Origin: Armatimonadota bacterium | Lineage (GTDB): Bacteria; Armatimonadota; UBA10988 | DNA length: 44,944 bases | Reading direction: 5' to 3' | Assembly: GCA_016235455.1 (NCBI GenBank) | Contig: JACRKZ010000135.1 | Location: forward strand, 1 to 44,944 | In this document: in pieces, positions 1 through 8,821 of the stretch | Numbering within the stretch: position 1 is the stretch's first letter | How the letters are laid out: each line of letters opens with the position of its first letter | The notes under the pieces: model-generated | Told to the model about the DNA's origin: nothing | Databases searched by the model: none | What the model saw: the letters and a program-made list of their open reading frames with translations, nothing else | Position numbers and translations under genes: made by a program

Positions 1-2
1 CC

Positions 3-563
3 GACGGCTCGGCCTGGCAGCGCGACGATGCCGGCCTGACCGGGCCGGTCTCCGCGCTGGCCTGGTCGGACGGCCTGCTGGCCATCACCGACGGTGCCAA
101 GGGCCAGCCGGGCGGCGTCTGGAAGCGCGCGCCAGCCGGTTGGCAGCGGCTCGACCAGACGCCGTTCGCCGCCTCGCTGCGCGGCCTGGCGACAGCGCCC
201 GGCGACCCCCGTCGGCTGTATGTGGCCGCACGCGACGAGTACATCGCGCCCACCTTCTGGCCCGGCGGGCTGTATGGCTCGACCGACGGCGGTGCGAGCT
301 GGAAACGCCTGTTCACCGACCGCTTCGTCGCCTGCGTGGCGGTCGACCCGCGCGACTCACAGCATGTGGTGGTGGGCACCAACGACCATCCGTACCACGA
401 TGAGCCCCTGGGCCGTGGCGTGCACGAGAGCCGCGACGGCGGGGCGACCTGGCACGATATCACCGACAACCTGGCCCTGCCGAACATCGCCTGCCTGGCA
501 TTCGACGCCAAAGGGCGGATGCTGGCGGGCACGGGTGGGTGCAGTTTGTGGTGGCGCAACTGA
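3..563 (+). CDS. BNR/Asp-box beta-propeller protein, 5'-truncated by the window edge (glycosidase-like)
   Basis: Frame is open from position 3 to TGA at 561-563. It has two Asp-box motifs (STDGGASW, SRDGGATW) and propeller-type segments (VAVDPRDS, LAFDAKG...LAGTGG). Confidence 0.75.
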   Translation, partial: DGSAWQRDDAGLTGPVSALAWSDGLLAITDGAKGQPGGVWKRAPAGWQRLDQTPFAASLRGLATAPGDPRRLYVAARDEYIAPTFWPGGLYGSTDGGASWKRLFTDRFVACVAVDPRDSQHVVVGTNDHPYHDEPLGRGVHESRDGGATWHDITDNLALPNIACLAFDAKGRMLAGTGGCSLWWRN

Positions 564-674
564 GGGACGAGGGACGTAGGACGTGGGCAACAGGCATGAC
601 CGCCTTGTGTGCCCGGGCGCGCATTCCCACGTCTCACGCCCCACGCCCCACGCCCCACGCCGCACGTCGCCACG
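563..674. repeat. Inverted blocks of 7-nt tandem repeats (aggGACG-type x3, then cccCACG-type x6-7)
   Basis: 563-587 reads agggacg agggacg taggacg tggg. 626-674 reads cccacg tctcacg ccccacg ccccacg ccccacg ccgcacg tcgccacg. The two blocks are imperfectly complementary. Confidence 0.7.
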
Positions 675-705
675 GCGTGACTCGCCCGCATTGACCGTTG
701 CAGCC

Positions 706-734
706 TTGACCCCGCGAGTCCGTCGGCATAGACT
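706..734 (+). promoter_or_regulatory. sigma70-type promoter for the GH16 gene
   Basis: TTGACC (706-711), 17 nt, TAGACT (729-734), about 60 nt upstream of ATG 798. Confidence 0.6.
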
Positions 735-797
735 CCGAGCCGCCTGCCCGTACTGAGATGGCCCATCGTCAGCGCCGGCACGGCCGGAGTTCCGTTG

Positions 798-2735
798 ATG
801 GCGCGAGTTCGACTACCCCTGTGCGCGCTGCTGCTGGCCCTATGCGCCGGCCTGGCGCAGACCGCCGATGCCGGCAAGACGCTGACTCTGCTCGACCCCA
901 AGGCTCTGCCGCTGGACCGGCTCAAGCCCTCGTCAGACGAGGTGACCGTGGCCGCCAGCGCCGACGCCGCGGCGCCCGGGCTGATCATCAACGCCGCCGT
1001 GGGCAAGGACTCCTGGCCGGGCGTGAGCCTCAAGCCCGAGGGCAAGGTCTTCGACCTGTCCGCCTACGGCCATCTCGAGGCCAAGGTGGCCAACCTGGGC
1101 ACCAAGAACACGGTCATCGCGCTGCGCGTCGACAACGAAGGCGACTGGCAGGCCAACCCCTGGAGTTGCGAGCAGGCCTGGCTCAAGCCAGGCGAATCGG
1201 CGGTCATCAAGGTCATCTTCGGTCATTCGTATGGTCAGAAGGCCACCTACCCGATCAGGACCAACGCCGTCAACAACATCCTGATGTTCAGCCAGAAGAC
1301 CGACGCGCCGCAGGTGCTGCGGGTGGAGTACATCATCGCCGCCGGGCCCGCGGGCGAGAAGCCGCCGGTCGACCCCAAGTCGCTGCGCACGGAGCCGGTC
1401 AAGGGCTTCCTGTTCGGTGGCGGGGTGGGCCTCGACCCGGCCAAGCAGCTCGAACTCAAGGGCGGCGCCACGGCCAAGGTCGACAAGGCTGGCCTGGCCA
1501 TTGCGCTGCCGGCGGCCAAGGGCGAGCAGTGGGTGGCCATCAAACCCGAGCTGTACCGCTGGGACCTGCGCCGCGCCTGCGAAGTGCGGGTGGTCGTCCT
1601 GAACAGCGGCACGAAGCCGCTCACGCCGAGCGCGCAGGTGTTCAGTGATCCCGGCCCGACCGACCCCGCGGTAGCCGCGAAGCCCCTGGCGCCGGGTGCG
1701 CAGACCGATCTGGTCATCCCGTTCATGCCGGCGGTGCCGGTTAAGATCAAGCCGATCGCCGCCGACGGCAAGGCGCCCGGACTGGAGCCCAACACCGGCA
1801 CGCGGTTCATCAGCGATGCCGCCAGCGCCGTGCGCATCAGCGCCACGCATGAGGGTGACGCCGCGCTGACGGTGGTGTCGGTCAAGGCTCTGGCCACGCC
1901 GATGGCGCTGCCCGCCTGGGTGGGCACGCGCCCGCCGGTGGCCGGCGACTGGGTGCCGACGCTAAACGACAACTTCGATGGCACCGCCATCAACGCCAAG
2001 ACCTGGAACATCTACGGCCCGAACTACTGGGACAAGGTGAGCCACTGGAGCAAGGACAATCTGATCGTGAAGGACGGCCTGGTGCGGTTGCGCCAGACCA
2101 GGCAGACCGGGCACCACAACGACGACCCGAAGGAGAAGGAGTCGCCGTATGCTGGCGGCTACCTCGACACCTATGGCAAGTGGGTGCAGCGCTACGGCTA
2201 CTTCGAGGCGCGCCTCAAGGCACCCACGGCGCCGGGCATGTGGCCGGCGGTGTGGATGATGCCCGACCGCGGCGCCAATGTCGGCGAGCAGTGGCAGCGG
2301 GCCGACACGGGCAACGGCGGCATGGAGTTCGATATCTGGGAGCACCTGACGCGCTGGGGACCGTACCGCTACAACATCGCCATGCACTGGGATGGCTATG
2401 GCGACAAGCACAAGTCCTCGGGCAGCCCGGTGGTCTACGTGGCGCCGGACAAGGACGGCTTCATCGCCGCGGGCCTGTTGTGGCTGCCGGGCCAGGCCGT
2501 CTACTATGCGAACGGCGTGGAAGTGCTGCGCTGGGAAGACCCGCGCGTGAGCAGCGTGCCCGAGAACTTCATCATCGACATGGTGCATGGCGGCTGGGAC
2601 AACAACAGCGTCGACGACAAGCAGCTGCCATGCGATTTCCCGCTGGACTACATCCGTGTCTGGCAGCGTCGCGATCTGGCCTCGGCGGTGGACGGCTACC
2701 AGCCGCAGCCCAAGCCCGCGCCCAAGGCCCCGTAG
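798..2735 (+). CDS. Secreted GH16-family glycoside hydrolase with N-terminal CBM-like beta-sandwich domains
   Basis: Signal peptide (MARVRLPLCALLLALCAGLAQTADA). C-terminal GH16 motifs: QRYGYFEARLK, GMWPAVWMMP, catalytic E-F-D-I-W-E (ExDxxE), DYIRVWQ. GGAG RBS at 786-789. Confidence 0.85.
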   Translation: MARVRLPLCALLLALCAGLAQTADAGKTLTLLDPKALPLDRLKPSSDEVTVAASADAAAPGLIINAAVGKDSWPGVSLKPEGKVFDLSAYGHLEAKVANLGTKNTVIALRVDNEGDWQANPWSCEQAWLKPGESAVIKVIFGHSYGQKATYPIRTNAVNNILMFSQKTDAPQVLRVEYIIAAGPAGEKPPVDPKSLRTEPVKGFLFGGGVGLDPAKQLELKGGATAKVDKAGLAIALPAAKGEQWVAIKPELYRWDLRRACEVRVVVLNSGTKPLTPSAQVFSDPGPTDPAVAAKPLAPGAQTDLVIPFMPAVPVKIKPIAADGKAPGLEPNTGTRFISDAASAVRISATHEGDAALTVVSVKALATPMALPAWVGTRPPVAGDWVPTLNDNFDGTAINAKTWNIYGPNYWDKVSHWSKDNLIVKDGLVRLRQTRQTGHHNDDPKEKESPYAGGYLDTYGKWVQRYGYFEARLKAPTAPGMWPAVWMMPDRGANVGEQWQRADTGNGGMEFDIWEHLTRWGPYRYNIAMHWDGYGDKHKSSGSPVVYVAPDKDGFIAAGLLWLPGQAVYYANGVEVLRWEDPRVSSVPENFIIDMVHGGWDNNSVDDKQLPCDFPLDYIRVWQRRDLASAVDGYQPQPKPAPKAP

Positions 2736-2742
2736 CCTGGCG

Positions 2743-2782
2743 AGCCGAGGAGGTCCGACGGCGCGACCGGACCTCCTCGGCT
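2743..2782. terminator. Perfect 15-bp inverted repeat after the GH16 gene (terminator/stabiliser hairpin)
   Basis: agccgaggaggtccg (2743-2757), 10-nt loop, cggacctcctcggct (2768-2782). Only a weak T tail follows. Confidence 0.6.
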
Positions 2783-2784
2783 TC

Positions 2785-2793
2785 TGCTACAAT
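2785..2793 (+). promoter_or_regulatory. Extended -10 element (TG-C-TACAAT)
   Basis: tgctacaat, about 22 nt upstream of ATG 2816. TACAAT recurs upstream of other genes in the window. Confidence 0.5.
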
Positions 2794-2815
2794 CCGGCCA
2801 CGCCGGAGTCGTGCC

Positions 2816-5800
2816 ATGCTCACGCTGTTGCTCCATCTGCTCCTCGCCGCGCCCCAAGGCGGCCCGCTGGTCACGCTGGCCGTGCCGCTCGATACCAGCA
2901 TCGACGCCGTCACCAGCGCCGGCATCGCCACCGGCACCGCCCACCACGACCCCGTCGGTGGAGCGGCTTGGGCCCTGCGCGGCGGACGCGACGTGCTTGG
3001 CTGGTCGGCGCGCGGCAACGTCGGCAAAGCGCGCGGCACGCTCTCCCTGCGGCTCAAGCCCGCCTGGTCAGCGGACGACGTCACCTGGCGCGCCATCGTC
3101 TGTGACGACCGGCCCATGGACCCCAAGACCGAGAACGGGTTCCGGCTGTGGAAGTACGAGCGCAGTATCCGATTCGACCTGCGTTCACCCGAGGATCGCT
3201 ACGTGACCTTCCCCGCCGACGCACTGACGCCCGGCGCATGGCATCAGATCACGGTCACCTGGGACGCCGAGGTGGGCACGCGAGTCTACCTGGACGGCCG
3301 CAAGCGCGGCAGCGCCGACTACCAGTTCACACCCACGGAGTCGCGTTGGCTGTTCCTGGGCGGGCCCGACTGGCAGCCGGCACTGGGCGACTACCGCGAT
3401 CTGGTGGTCTTCGACCGCATGTTGAGCGACGAGCAGGTGGCCCAGCTCGCCACCGGCACGCTGACGCGCACGCCGGCGCCCCGGGCAGCCGTGGTCCCGC
3501 CGCCACCCGCACCCACCGTCGACACGACGCCGGCCAAGCCGGTCTTCCACGCCAGCCTGATCGGCGATCTGCAGGCCGACCTGGCCGCCAACGGCGCCGC
3601 GCCGAGGCGTACGGACAAGGTGACCTTCGTCGACTCGCCGTTCGGCAAGGCTGCCCACTTCGGCCCCGGCGCGGTGCTCGAGTACCCCGGCGGCGCCAAC
3701 CTGCCGCACGACCGCGGCGCGATCAGCGTGTGGGTCCGGCCTGACTGGTCGACCGCCGACGCGCCAGCCGACCGTTACTTCGTGCGCGAGCCGGAGCCCG
3801 AGGCGGTCGGCGGCGATGCACGCTGGATGTGGTTCTGGAGCAACAGCCGGCAACTCCGCTTTGACGTGCGCGACCCGGCCGACGCGAACATCAGCGCCAG
3901 CGCCGACGCCTGGGAGGCCGGCAGTTGGCACCACCTGGTGCTCTCGTGGGATGTCACGCGCGGTGAGCATGAGGCCTTTGTCGACGGCCGCTCCATGCGC
4001 CCCATGTCCGACGCGGGCAACCTGTTCGGCGAGGGTCGCGGCTGGACACCCAAGCCTCGGCCGTTCTTCTGGGTTGGCAGCTGGGGCGGCAATGCGCCAG
4101 CCATGGCCGCCATGGCCGACCTGACCATCTACGACCGGGCACTGCGGCCGGCCGACGTGGCCGCGGCCTATGCGCGGCTGGCGCCGGTGGTCGCGGCGAC
4201 GGCGCAGCCCTACTTCGCGCCCGGCACACGCGCGCTGGTCGTGCAGGTGACCAACGGCTCGGCCGCGCCGGTGCGCGACCTGCGGGCCCGCATCGCCCAC
4301 GACGGCCGCGCCGACGAGGTAGCGCTGGCCGGTGTGACTCTGGCGGCGGGCGAGACGCGCACCGTGACCGTGCCGCTGCGCGAGTCGCAGCCGGGCGCGT
4401 ACCTGGTCAGCGTGGCCCCGGCCGATCGCGTGCCGGGCCCGTCGGCCTTCTGCTACCTGCGCGAGACGCCGCCGCCGGTGGTCACGACGGCACCCGGCGA
4501 GAAACTGGTGCAGAGCATTGACTTGACCGCGGCGCTGGGCGACGAGTTGCTCGCCGATGACGGCGCGAGCCGCGTCGTGGAGTCGGCCGCCGGCCGCTAC
4601 CGCGAGGCGGGCACCAAGCGCGGCAGCCGTTTCGCCGTGCGGCTCCGGCTGGCCAACCTGGGCGCCTGGCACCGGCTGGAATGGGTCTGGCCCGACGACA
4701 GGCCGCGCACCGTCGATGTCATCCTCAACCGCAGCCAATACGACGTGGCCACGGGCACGCTGTCGGGCGACGAGTACCCGACCACCGGCGCCATGCGCAC
4801 ACAGTCGGCCTACTTCTGGCCGCGCGCAGCGGACGACGCGGCGGTGTTCATGACCGCCGAGGCTGGCCGGCCAGCGGCGGTCGCCAGCCTGAAAGTCTAC
4901 GAGCTGAGCGGCCCGCCGGCGGCGCTGCAGGCGCCCAAGCCGCGCTTCCGCGGGGCTGAGCCGCGGCGCGTGGGACTGTACTACGAAGACCCCGTGCTGC
5001 ACATGAACCTGGGCGGCGAACCGTCCTTCCCCAGCTTCGCGGCCGTGGCGGACCGGCTGGTCGCCTACATGGAGGCCACGGGGCTCAACACGCTGTACTA
5101 CCCCGCGGTCTGGTACCACGGGCCGCTCTTCCCCACGGCCAGCCAGGGGCCCGGAACGCACTCGGGCCGGCCGCATCCCCAAGACTTCCTGCGCTACCTG
5201 CTGTCGCGCTTCGAGGGTCGCGGACTGAAGCTGCTGGTCACCTTCAACGTCCACGACGTGCCCAGCCTGGCCGGCGCCGAGAGCAACGAGGACCGCGTGC
5301 GGGCCGGCGCGGCCACGCCGGTCACCGTGCAATGGAACGCCGGGCTGAAGACCACCGGCTGGCATGGCACGGCCAGCAACTACAACCCGCTCGACCCGCA
5401 GGTGCACGGCGCGCTGCGCGGGCTGGTCACCGAACTGGCCAGCCGCTACGCCGACAGCCCCGCGTTCGGCGGGCTCTGCCTGCACTTGCCGGTCCATTCG
5501 CTGTTGTGGTTCGGCTCGCTCGAGACCGGCTACAACGACATCAACCTGCGCGGCTTCGAGCGCGACACGGGTCTCTCGCTGGGCCTTGACCCGAAGGACC
5601 CGTTCCGCGCCAACCGCGCCTATCGCCAGCTCACCGGCCGCTACCGCGACCGCTGGATCGCCTGGCGCACCCAGCGTATCGCCGCGCAGTGGGGCGAGTA
5701 TGCTGGCATCCTGCGCGCCGCGCGGCGCGATCTGAGCCTGTCGGTCAACCCCTATAGCTCCATCGACAAGACCGACTTCCCGCCTGACACGCCGCCCGAG

Positions 5801-6742
5801 CAGGTGGACTACATCGCCGAGATGCGTGAGTACGGCGCCGACCCGGCCCTGCTGGCGCGCATCCCGGGCCTGCGGCTGATGTACACGCTGTCGCCCAACC
5901 TCTACCGCTGGGAACGCGCGCACGGCAACACGCGACCCGAGTCGCGCGTCTACCGCGACTTCGGCTTCAGCCCGTCGGTCTACGAGCCATTCGCCCGGCT
6001 CGGCGTGCCCTATGGCATCCAACTCCACGACAAGTACTGGGAAGACGACATCGGCCGCGAGAGCCTGCCGGGCCTGCGCGCCTGGGGCCAACCCGAGCTG
6101 GGCTGGCGAGTCTCGACACCGGTGCCGCCGGCGCCGTATGCGCTGGAGAACTACGCCGCGGCGCTGGGCAATGCCGATGTCACCACGCTGACCAAAGGCG
6201 GCTTCGTCATCGGCACGGTGGGCATCGAGCCACAGCTCGCGCCGTGGGCCGTGGCCTTCGCGCAGTTGCCGGCGGCGCCATTTGCCGAGGTGCCGGGCCT
6301 GGCCGACCCCGTGCGCGTGCGCTCCTGCCGCCGCGCCGATGGCGAATGGGCCTATGCCCAGAACCGCCTGGCCGTGCCGCTGGAACTGGTGCTGAGCGTG
6401 GCGGGCCAGGGCAAGCTGACCGACCTGGTGACCGGCACCGAGCTGCCCGTCGCTGACGGCCGCGCGACGATCAAGCTGCCAGCCTACGGGTTGGTGGCGC
6501 TGTGGTCGCCGGCTGGCGGCCTGCGCGTCACCGGTGGCGCCGTGCGCGGCACCGGGCCGGTGCGCGAGTCGTTGGCCGGGCGCCTGACGGCCCTGTCAGC
6601 CAGACTGCCCGCCGCGCCGGAGGCCCAGCGCGCCGTCGCCGCGCCGCGCCTGGCGCTGGCACAGAAGCTGGTGAGTGACGGTCGCTTGGCGCGCGCGCTG
6701 GAGGTACTCGGCGAGCCATGGGAGGCGCGGCTGGCCCAGTAG
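2816..6742 (+). CDS. Large secreted protein: two LamG/concanavalin-like domains plus a GHL10/DUF187-like TIM-barrel glycoside hydrolase
   Basis: Start placed at ATG 2816 (GGAG RBS at 2805, hydrophobic leader MLTLLLHLLLAA), not at 2180. LamG motifs: GAWHQITVTWD...VYLDG, and WHHLVLSWD...AFVDG...DLTIYDRAL. TIM-barrel motifs: GLNTLYYPAVWY, YNPLDPQV...ELASRYADSPAFGG, GYNDINLRGFERDTG. Confidence 0.7.
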   Translation: MLTLLLHLLLAAPQGGPLVTLAVPLDTSIDAVTSAGIATGTAHHDPVGGAAWALRGGRDVLGWSARGNVGKARGTLSLRLKPAWSADDVTWRAIVCDDRPMDPKTENGFRLWKYERSIRFDLRSPEDRYVTFPADALTPGAWHQITVTWDAEVGTRVYLDGRKRGSADYQFTPTESRWLFLGGPDWQPALGDYRDLVVFDRMLSDEQVAQLATGTLTRTPAPRAAVVPPPPAPTVDTTPAKPVFHASLIGDLQADLAANGAAPRRTDKVTFVDSPFGKAAHFGPGAVLEYPGGANLPHDRGAISVWVRPDWSTADAPADRYFVREPEPEAVGGDARWMWFWSNSRQLRFDVRDPADANISASADAWEAGSWHHLVLSWDVTRGEHEAFVDGRSMRPMSDAGNLFGEGRGWTPKPRPFFWVGSWGGNAPAMAAMADLTIYDRALRPADVAAAYARLAPVVAATAQPYFAPGTRALVVQVTNGSAAPVRDLRARIAHDGRADEVALAGVTLAAGETRTVTVPLRESQPGAYLVSVAPADRVPGPSAFCYLRETPPPVVTTAPGEKLVQSIDLTAALGDELLADDGASRVVESAAGRYREAGTKRGSRFAVRLRLANLGAWHRLEWVWPDDRPRTVDVILNRSQYDVATGTLSGDEYPTTGAMRTQSAYFWPRAADDAAVFMTAEAGRPAAVASLKVYELSGPPAALQAPKPRFRGAEPRRVGLYYEDPVLHMNLGGEPSFPSFAAVADRLVAYMEATGLNTLYYPAVWYHGPLFPTASQGPGTHSGRPHPQDFLRYLLSRFEGRGLKLLVTFNVHDVPSLAGAESNEDRVRAGAATPVTVQWNAGLKTTGWHGTASNYNPLDPQVHGALRGLVTELASRYADSPAFGGLCLHLPVHSLLWFGSLETGYNDINLRGFERDTGLSLGLDPKDPFRANRAYRQLTGRYRDRWIAWRTQRIAAQWGEYAGILRAARRDLSLSVNPYSSIDKTDFPPDTPPEQVDYIAEMREYGADPALLARIPGLRLMYTLSPNLYRWERAHGNTRPESRVYRDFGFSPSVYEPFARLGVPYGIQLHDKYWEDDIGRESLPGLRAWGQPELGWRVSTPVPPAPYALENYAAALGNADVTTLTKGGFVIGTVGIEPQLAPWAVAFAQLPAAPFAEVPGLADPVRVRSCRRADGEWAYAQNRLAVPLELVLSVAGQGKLTDLVTGTELPVADGRATIKLPAYGLVALWSPAGGLRVTGGAVRGTGPVRESLAGRLTALSARLPAAPEAQRAVAAPRLALAQKLVSDGRLARALEVLGEPWEARLAQ

Positions 6743-6839
6743 GCCCCCTGCTGGGCGGCGGCGCTGGCATGCGTAGCACGCCACACCGGCCCACCTTGCC
6801 CGATACTCGTAACATTCGCCAACTCAAAAAGAATCTCAG

Positions 6840-6868
6840 TTGCATTGACGCCCTGAACAGACTACATT
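6840..6868 (+). promoter_or_regulatory. Possible sigma70 promoter in an AT-richer intergenic patch
   Basis: TTGCAT (6840-6845), 17 nt, TACATT (6863-6868), with an A-rich tract (caaaaagaat) just upstream. Confidence 0.4.
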
Positions 6869-6918
6869 CCTAGAAGAATGGAAGGCCGGCAGGCCTTGTC
6901 TACGCCAGGGAGGATCAC

Positions 6919-7194
6919 ATGCCACTCAAAGACTACGGCGTCCTTAAGGGCCGCCCGATCGCCTGCCGACGGGCCGTGAAGACCAATCCGCACTACCAAG
7001 TGCACATGGTGGATGACCAGGTGGACTACCGACTGGCCATCAATGCCATGCCCCAGCTATCGCCACCCGAGGTCGAGTTCGTGGTCGAGGGGACGTTCGA
7101 GCGCCCGATCCGCGACGCCGGCAGGCTCAAGGTGGACGGCGTTGCCTTCACAGCCGAGCAGGCCGCTCGTGAGGGCTGAAGTGTCGTGTTCTGA
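6919..7194 (+). pseudogene. DUF2278/YukJ-like gene remnant (internal deletion plus premature TGA)
   Basis: The N-terminus MPLKDYGVLKGRP...PHYQV...YRLAIN resembles DUF2278 proteins as I recall them. It jumps after about 64 aa to LKVDGVAFTAEQAAREG*SVVF*, which resembles the usual C-terminus (...KVDGVSYT...EGWxxVF) with TGA (7177-7179) at the Trp position. GGGAGG RBS present. Confidence 0.65.
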
Positions 7195-7211
7195 CCACCA
7201 AGGAGGCAACC

Positions 7212-8738
7212 ATGGAATCGAGAGTGATCAATGTCGACCTGGCCCGGGTGTGGGAGCAACCGACCGGCAAGGGCTTCATCCGCACGATGGGTTGGGGAGA
7301 CTACGTCACATGGGTCGCCGACGCTGACGACCACGTCGTCATCCGTACGCACCGGTTCGTGGAGCAGCCCGATCGGAGCCTGAAGGCCGAGCAGGTCGAC
7401 GGCTACATCAAGGTGCCCCGCGGCCTGCGACCGAGCGACATCACCAAACCCAGGTCTGACAATCGAGTGCTCAAGGTGAACTTCGTCGATGTGGCCCAGG
7501 GCGACGCCACCGTCATTGAGACGCCTGATGGCCAGGTGATGCTGATCGACGGTGGCCAGAATCAGCTTCTGGCGCGGTACCTGGCCGGGCGCTACCGAGA
7601 CACGGCCGAGACGCCTTTGGAGGTCGCCTGCATCGTCGTCACGCATGGCGATGGCGATCACTTCTCGGGTCTGGTGGAGATCCAGAAGTCGGAGACGCAT
7701 CACGAACCGGGCAAGCGGCTCCGCATCCACCCGCAGCGCGTCTACCACAGTGGCCTGGTAAAGCGCCCGTCGACCAAGGACGGGCACAGCGTTGGCGAGA
7801 CGCAACTCCTGGGGCCAACGGTCGCTGGCCCGCAGGGCCCGGTCATCGTCGACCTGTGCGACGATCTGCGGTCCATGGACCCGGCCGAGCTGAACGCTCC
7901 GTTCAGAGCCTGGCAGGCGGCGCTGGCCCGCTACAGCGAACGTGGCACCATCGATGTCCGCCGGATCGAGCGCGGTGACAACAGCGCGTTCAGCTTCCTG
8001 CCGGACGGGCTGAAGATGGAGGTGCTGGGGCCGATCACCACGACGGTGGAAGGGCAGACGGGCCTGCCCTTCCTGGGCACGCCACCCAATGGTGTGCATC
8101 TGGACTTCGAGCCGCTACAGCCGACGGGTCAGCGGTTCCCCAATCCGTCCGCGTCGCACACCATCAACGGTCACTCGGTGGTCTTGAGGATGACCTATGG
8201 CGGTTGGCGCTTCATGTTCGCCGGCGACCTCAACCAAGAGGCCGAGCTGGAGCTGGTGCGCGACCCGGCGCAACTGCGGGCCGAGGTGCTCAAGGTGCCA
8301 CACCACGGCTCGGCCGACTTCTCAATCGACTTCCTCAAGGCGGTGAGCCCGGTCGTGTCCGTGGTCTCGTCGGGCGACGAGAGCATCGCGCAGGAGTACA
8401 TCCATCCGCGCGCGTCGCTGGTCGGCGCATTGGGCCGCTGCTCGCGCATCGACACGCCGCTGATCCTGGTGACCGAGCTGGTCGCGTTCTTTCAGGTCGA
8501 AGGGTACGTCCAGCCGGAGCACCACAAGGAAGGTGCCGGTGGTCTGGTGGAGGACGCGGCCGCGCGCGACCGCTTCTTCGCCTTCAGCCGGGCCGCGTTC
8601 GGACTGGTCAAGGTGCGCACCGACGGCAAGCGCCTGCTGGTCTACACCGACAGCGGCAACGTCAAGCTCAAGGAAGCCTACGCGTACACCATGGGCTGCA
8701 ACGGTACACCCATACCCACGGACGTGGTCCAGGCCTGA
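7212..8738 (+). CDS. ComEC/Rec2-like metallo-beta-lactamase-fold hydrolase with an N-terminal SH3-like extension
   Basis: Motifs: FVDVAQGDA, MLIDGG, THGDGDHFSG (HxDxDH), NGHSVVL...FMFAGD, LKVPHHGS, YIHP. AGGAGG RBS at 7201-7206. Confidence 0.8.
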   Translation: MESRVINVDLARVWEQPTGKGFIRTMGWGDYVTWVADADDHVVIRTHRFVEQPDRSLKAEQVDGYIKVPRGLRPSDITKPRSDNRVLKVNFVDVAQGDATVIETPDGQVMLIDGGQNQLLARYLAGRYRDTAETPLEVACIVVTHGDGDHFSGLVEIQKSETHHEPGKRLRIHPQRVYHSGLVKRPSTKDGHSVGETQLLGPTVAGPQGPVIVDLCDDLRSMDPAELNAPFRAWQAALARYSERGTIDVRRIERGDNSAFSFLPDGLKMEVLGPITTTVEGQTGLPFLGTPPNGVHLDFEPLQPTGQRFPNPSASHTINGHSVVLRMTYGGWRFMFAGDLNQEAELELVRDPAQLRAEVLKVPHHGSADFSIDFLKAVSPVVSVVSSGDESIAQEYIHPRASLVGALGRCSRIDTPLILVTELVAFFQVEGYVQPEHHKEGAGGLVEDAAARDRFFAFSRAAFGLVKVRTDGKRLLVYTDSGNVKLKEAYAYTMGCNGTPIPTDVVQA

Positions 8739-8821
8739 GCGCACTGCCCGGCGGTGGGCGAAGTGAGGATGGCTTGACGCGACCGGCCGAGTCGCCGACA
8801 CTCGGCACTGGGAGCGTTCAC

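Noticed and set aside
563-674. Repeat block as a CRISPR array
   Set aside because: The units are 7 nt and tandem with no unique spacers, and there are no cas genes in the window.
2180-2815. N-terminal extension of the 1520-aa ORF
   Set aside because: It overlaps the GH16 gene in another frame and crosses the hairpin. The RBS, promoter and signal peptide point to ATG 2816.
3185-6091. 968-aa minus-strand ORF, and similar long antisense ORFs (16309-18624 +, 24875-27121 -, 32473-35202 +, 19014-20237 -, 12923-14431 +)
   Set aside because: Shadow ORFs opposite well-supported genes. Stop codons are scarce in high-GC DNA and the translations carry no family motifs.
7177-7179. TGA at a Trp-like position as evidence of recoding (code 4/25 or selenocysteine)
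   Set aside because: Many genes here end properly at TGA (kaiC, both kaiB, the kinase, the MBL gene) and Trp is encoded by TGG throughout. A nonsense mutation in a remnant is simpler.
7212-8738. Calling the MBL gene comEC (competence)
   Set aside because: It lacks the multi-TM competence channel domain. Only the MBL fold is shared.
8204-8821. N-terminal extension of the 1064-aa ORF, suggesting overlap or fusion with the MBL gene
   Set aside because: Arg/Gly-rich off-frame translation of the MBL gene. The RBS and leader indicate ATG 8822.
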